From the IMG/VR virus record IMGVR_UViG_3300044996_000468, positions 58,627 through 78,626 of that record: DNA of 20,000 bases. One strand, written 5' to 3'. Position 1 is the stretch's first letter. Each line of letters begins with the position of its first letter. Origin of the DNA: an uncultured virus (IMG/VR IMGVR_UViG_3300044996_000468). Taxonomy: Duplodnaviria; Heunggongvirae; Uroviricota; Caudoviricetes. The translations under genes were made by a program, and so were the position numbers. The notes under the pieces were generated by a model. It was not told the DNA's origin, searched no databases, and saw only the letters and a list, made by a program, of their open reading frames with translations. This document shows, piece by piece, positions 17,130 to 20,000 of the stretch.

Positions 17130-17410
17130 CCGACACGCGACGCTTCCCGATCATTCGAGGCCAAAGTCGTTTGGGGCGGGCCATCTGTGACACCTGGCCG
17201 CGAACAGTCCCGTGGTCGTTCGTCGAACGGTTTCGTGCTCAAGCCGAGCTGAACCACGACCAGACGCTGGAGCGACTCGCCGAGCGCGGCGGCTTGGCTC
17301 CCGACGAGCTATGGTGCGCGGCCAACAGCAAGGCGCTCTTCCCGATGCCGGACGAGAAGGCCTGCGGTGACTGGCTCGTTGCCGAGATGAAGAAGCTCGG
17401 CGAGAGTTAA
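17126..17410 (+). CDS. Conserved phage hypothetical protein
   Basis: GTG start overlaps the previous TGA (GTGA). Motif VPW......QA..NH.QTLERLAERGGL...EL. Confidence 0.7.
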   Translation: MTDTRRFPIIRGQSRLGRAICDTWPRTVPWSFVERFRAQAELNHDQTLERLAERGGLAPDELWCAANSKALFPMPDEKACGDWLVAEMKKLGES

Positions 17411-18171
17411 GCTGCGATCGCGGCGGCGTCGGCGGTGATGCGCGCCAGGTCGAAACCGTTGGGTGCGTGGCGTGTCTGTGTGACCCAGAGATCATCGACG
17501 ACGAACCACGCTTCGTCGATGTAGAGGTCTTCCCATGCGTACGAGATCTTGCGCGGGCTTACCCACGGCATCGCGAACCATTGACCGCGTTGGTGGCCCG
17601 TCAGGATGAACGCGTGGCCACCGTACGAACCGATCTTGTCGTCGGGCGTACGACTTCCGGGCGGCCCGACGTCCCACAAGTCGCGTTGAGCACGGATCGC
17701 GTTCGGAAGATCAGCACCGACGATCACCGAACCGAAGATGTGCAGCGCTGCACGCATTTCGACTGGGTCCTTGTGGTTCACGCGTCCGAACGACGAGATC
17801 TTGTACTTGCCGTTGCGAAGGCCGTAGTACTTCATCTGCACGAGCGCGTTGATGATCGTGTCACCGCGATCGGTCGCGGCCGTGCCGTCCCAACCGATGC
17901 CATCGGCGTACGCCAACAAGATGTCGCCATCAGTCAGCTCGCACTTCACGCCGAGGAGCGCGCAACGCTGTTGGATGATGTGGCCGTAACAGGTTCGCGT
18001 GCAACATCCGACGTCGCGGTTGCCGAGCCAGCTGTACGTGTTGACGTCGCCGGTCCAGTCATCGAACGGCGGTGGCGCTGTATAGGTAGGGCCTTCAGCG
18101 TAGCGCGAGAACCACAACGTTCGACGATCGTGGGGTGAGACTTGTGAACGACCTGCTTTGCCGTAGCTCAT
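17407..18171 (-). CDS. Papain-like cysteine peptidase
   Basis: LGNRDVGCCT (putative catalytic Cys), DRGDTI..AL and GGHAFILTG (putative catalytic His). Start set at ATG 18171 by the ATGA overlap with the upstream stop. Confidence 0.7.
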   Translation of the reverse strand: MSYGKAGRSQVSPHDRRTLWFSRYAEGPTYTAPPPFDDWTGDVNTYSWLGNRDVGCCTRTCYGHIIQQRCALLGVKCELTDGDILLAYADGIGWDGTAATDRGDTIINALVQMKYYGLRNGKYKISSFGRVNHKDPVEMRAALHIFGSVIVGADLPNAIRAQRDLWDVGPPGSRTPDDKIGSYGGHAFILTGHQRGQWFAMPWVSPRKISYAWEDLYIDEAWFVVDDLWVTQTRHAPNGFDLARITADAAAIAA

Positions 18172-19028
18172 CGTGTGGTTGGCCATTGGTGAGGGTGATT
18201 TTCGCCGTCGAGCCACGCCCATCGAGGCTGATCGCCGTCGATGACGGTCGGGTGCGTCGAGAGCACGCACGCCTTCTCGAACGGGTAGTACATCGGCGTG
18301 CACTGCATGAGTGCGAGACTCGCGCGGAGGCTCAGCTCGCAGATCTCTGGGTACAGGTCTTCATTGAGACCTTGAACCAACCGAAGAACATCGATGACGG
18401 CGGCGTGACGCAACAACGTGTGGTCGAACTGACCAGATGCGAGCCCCGTGCGTAGCGGCAGATCTTCGTCTTCGCCGGCACGACGAACGGCGAGAGACAG
18501 GCCTTCCCCAAAGTGCGCCGCGTCGATGATTTCGTGCAGTACGCTGACCGACATCTGACGATCCCACGTACGACGAAAGCGCCAGATGATCTCGCCGAGG
18601 TTCTGTCGGCGGTAACCTTCATCGTTGAAGAGGTTACGGTAGACGATCGCGGGCGACGGCAGCCACGTCACTCGTGGATACGCGAGGTAGCGCTCGTCTT
18701 CACCACGATGACTTACGGCTGCGCGGTACATGCAACCGATCGCCGCGAGCGCAAGCGCTTCATCGCTTGGACCAGTTCGAAAGAGAACACCGGTCTCCAG
18801 CTGGTCCGCGTTCGCTCTGATCGTATCGATTTCGGTGTGCGACAGCTTCTCGACGCGCTTGCGTCGACGGTAGCCGGGCAGTTCGTCGCGCCAGAGCATC
18901 GCGATGTCCCGACGGCCGATCTCGTCGTACGCGTCGGCGAGGATGTGCCGTGCGTCGTCGTCGCCCATCCAGACCTGTTCGGTGAGGGCACGGATCTGTG
19001 GTGCCGTTGCCATCCCGAACGCGAGCAT
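18168..19028 (-). CDS. Protein with a TIGR02996-like N-terminal motif and a DUF6745-like C-terminal region
   Basis: DDDARHILADAYDEIG; WLPSP; YYPFEKACVLSTHP...W.DG. Confidence 0.6.
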   Translation of the reverse strand: MLAFGMATAPQIRALTEQVWMGDDDARHILADAYDEIGRRDIAMLWRDELPGYRRRKRVEKLSHTEIDTIRANADQLETGVLFRTGPSDEALALAAIGCMYRAAVSHRGEDERYLAYPRVTWLPSPAIVYRNLFNDEGYRRQNLGEIIWRFRRTWDRQMSVSVLHEIIDAAHFGEGLSLAVRRAGEDEDLPLRTGLASGQFDHTLLRHAAVIDVLRLVQGLNEDLYPEICELSLRASLALMQCTPMYYPFEKACVLSTHPTVIDGDQPRWAWLDGENHPHQWPTTR

Positions 19029-19032
19029 AGAC

Positions 19033-19398
19033 CTACCGCCTCTTGGGGAGCTTGATGCTGCGGCCGATGAAGACGCCGGCCGCGATGCCGCCGAGGCCCA
19101 TGCTGATGCCCCAGAACACCGGCGACGTGAGGAGTTTCTTCAGCTTCGACGGCTGCGCCTGTGCCGACAGGAACGGCCGCTGGACGTCCTGAAGGCACGA
19201 GACGTCACCCGACGCCGTCGCGGCGGTTACAAGCTGCTGTTGGATCATCGCCTGATCGGCAAGATCGGGAAACGACTTCAGGATGTCGCTGATCTGGTTG
19301 TCGATCAGCTTGCTCTTCTCAGGCGTGACGCGCTGACACGACGCCATCACGCTGTTGCTGATGTTCGTCAGCTGCTCCTGCGTGATCGCGCCAAACAT
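19033..19398 (-). CDS. Small protein with C-terminal TM helix and basic tail
   Basis: A Cys pair, then PVFWGISMGLGGIAAGVFIG followed by RSIKLPKRR. Confidence 0.7.
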   Translation of the reverse strand: MFGAITQEQLTNISNSVMASCQRVTPEKSKLIDNQISDILKSFPDLADQAMIQQQLVTAATASGDVSCLQDVQRPFLSAQAQPSKLKKLLTSPVFWGISMGLGGIAAGVFIGRSIKLPKRR

Positions 19399-19468
19399 CA
19401 GTAGTCGCCTTGTGCTGTACGGAACGTCGCGTTGCCGGCCACCTCACGACGACGAAATTGGAATCTGA

Positions 19469-19999
19469 TCATGAGAGCGCCCCTCCTGCAAACGGTCTTA
19501 GATTCGTCCACGATTTTCGAAGACGGATGCGGCTCACCATGACTGCGCTGACATTCAAACGTTTCGCGACCGAAGCCGCCGTTTCGCCGTGTTCCATTCG
19601 ACCGAGGGCTTCATTGGCAAGATCTTCGGTCAGTTTACACGTTCGTCGATTGCGGCCTTGTGCATCACGCGACGCCCATACGCAGTTACCCGGTTCGTAG
19701 TTGCCGTTGTTGTTTCTGCGTTCGATCGTCATCCCGTATGGACGCTCGCCCATGTCGGTTAGGAACGATTCAAAACTGTTACGCCAACGATCACAGATGC
19801 CGATCCCACGTCCGCCGTAGTCCTTCCAGTTTGGATTTTTGGAGTTGGTGCAACGTTGAATGATCGAACACCACGTTTTGTGCGTTGGCGATCCAGATCG
19901 ACCATGCGTGGTCAGACGATCCGTGTTCGTTTCAGGCTGCAAACAACCACACGAGTTGGTGCGAGCGCCAAGATCTTGACCGACTCGTATACAAGTCGT
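19469..19999 (-). CDS. Phage HNH-type (homing) endonuclease with C-terminal HTH, 5' truncated by the window edge
   Basis: SCGC, THG, W..IIQRC, YGGRGI..C.RW..FE.FL.DMGERP..TIER.NNNGNYEPGNC.W. The frame stays open to the window end. Confidence 0.88.
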   Translation of the reverse strand, partial: TTCIRVGQDLGARTNSCGCLQPETNTDRLTTHGRSGSPTHKTWCSIIQRCTNSKNPNWKDYGGRGIGICDRWRNSFESFLTDMGERPYGMTIERRNNNGNYEPGNCVWASRDAQGRNRRTCKLTEDLANEALGRMEHGETAASVAKRLNVSAVMVSRIRLRKSWTNLRPFAGGALS

Positions 20000-20000
20000 C

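Overview
This GC-rich window looks like a phage or other mobile element: densely packed short ORFs, a SLOG/DUF1273-like fragment, a DUF1653-like protein, a papain-like peptidase and an HNH endonuclease, with no housekeeping operons. Its centre (3946-13735) is an atypical type I-C CRISPR-Cas locus: cas3-cas5c-cas8c-cas7c plus an array of about 50 units, with no cas1/2/4 in the window. Cas3 is full length, but both its HD nuclease and its helicase catalytic motifs are substituted. Cas7c is circularly permuted, with the canonical N-terminal NPNGDP/DVCLKRK block at the C-terminus, and carries basic and acidic tails. Cas5c appears to lack its known catalytic residues. The array repeats are very heterogeneous but mostly keep a 9-bp hairpin and the 3' handle. 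A solitary copy of the repeat lies 10 kb upstream (350-385). Separately, a 1.19-kb transposase-free element (TIRs plus 8-bp target duplication) carrying a PAPS-reductase-family gene interrupts a phage gene (1830-3020). All family calls come from motif recognition by eye; no searches were run.
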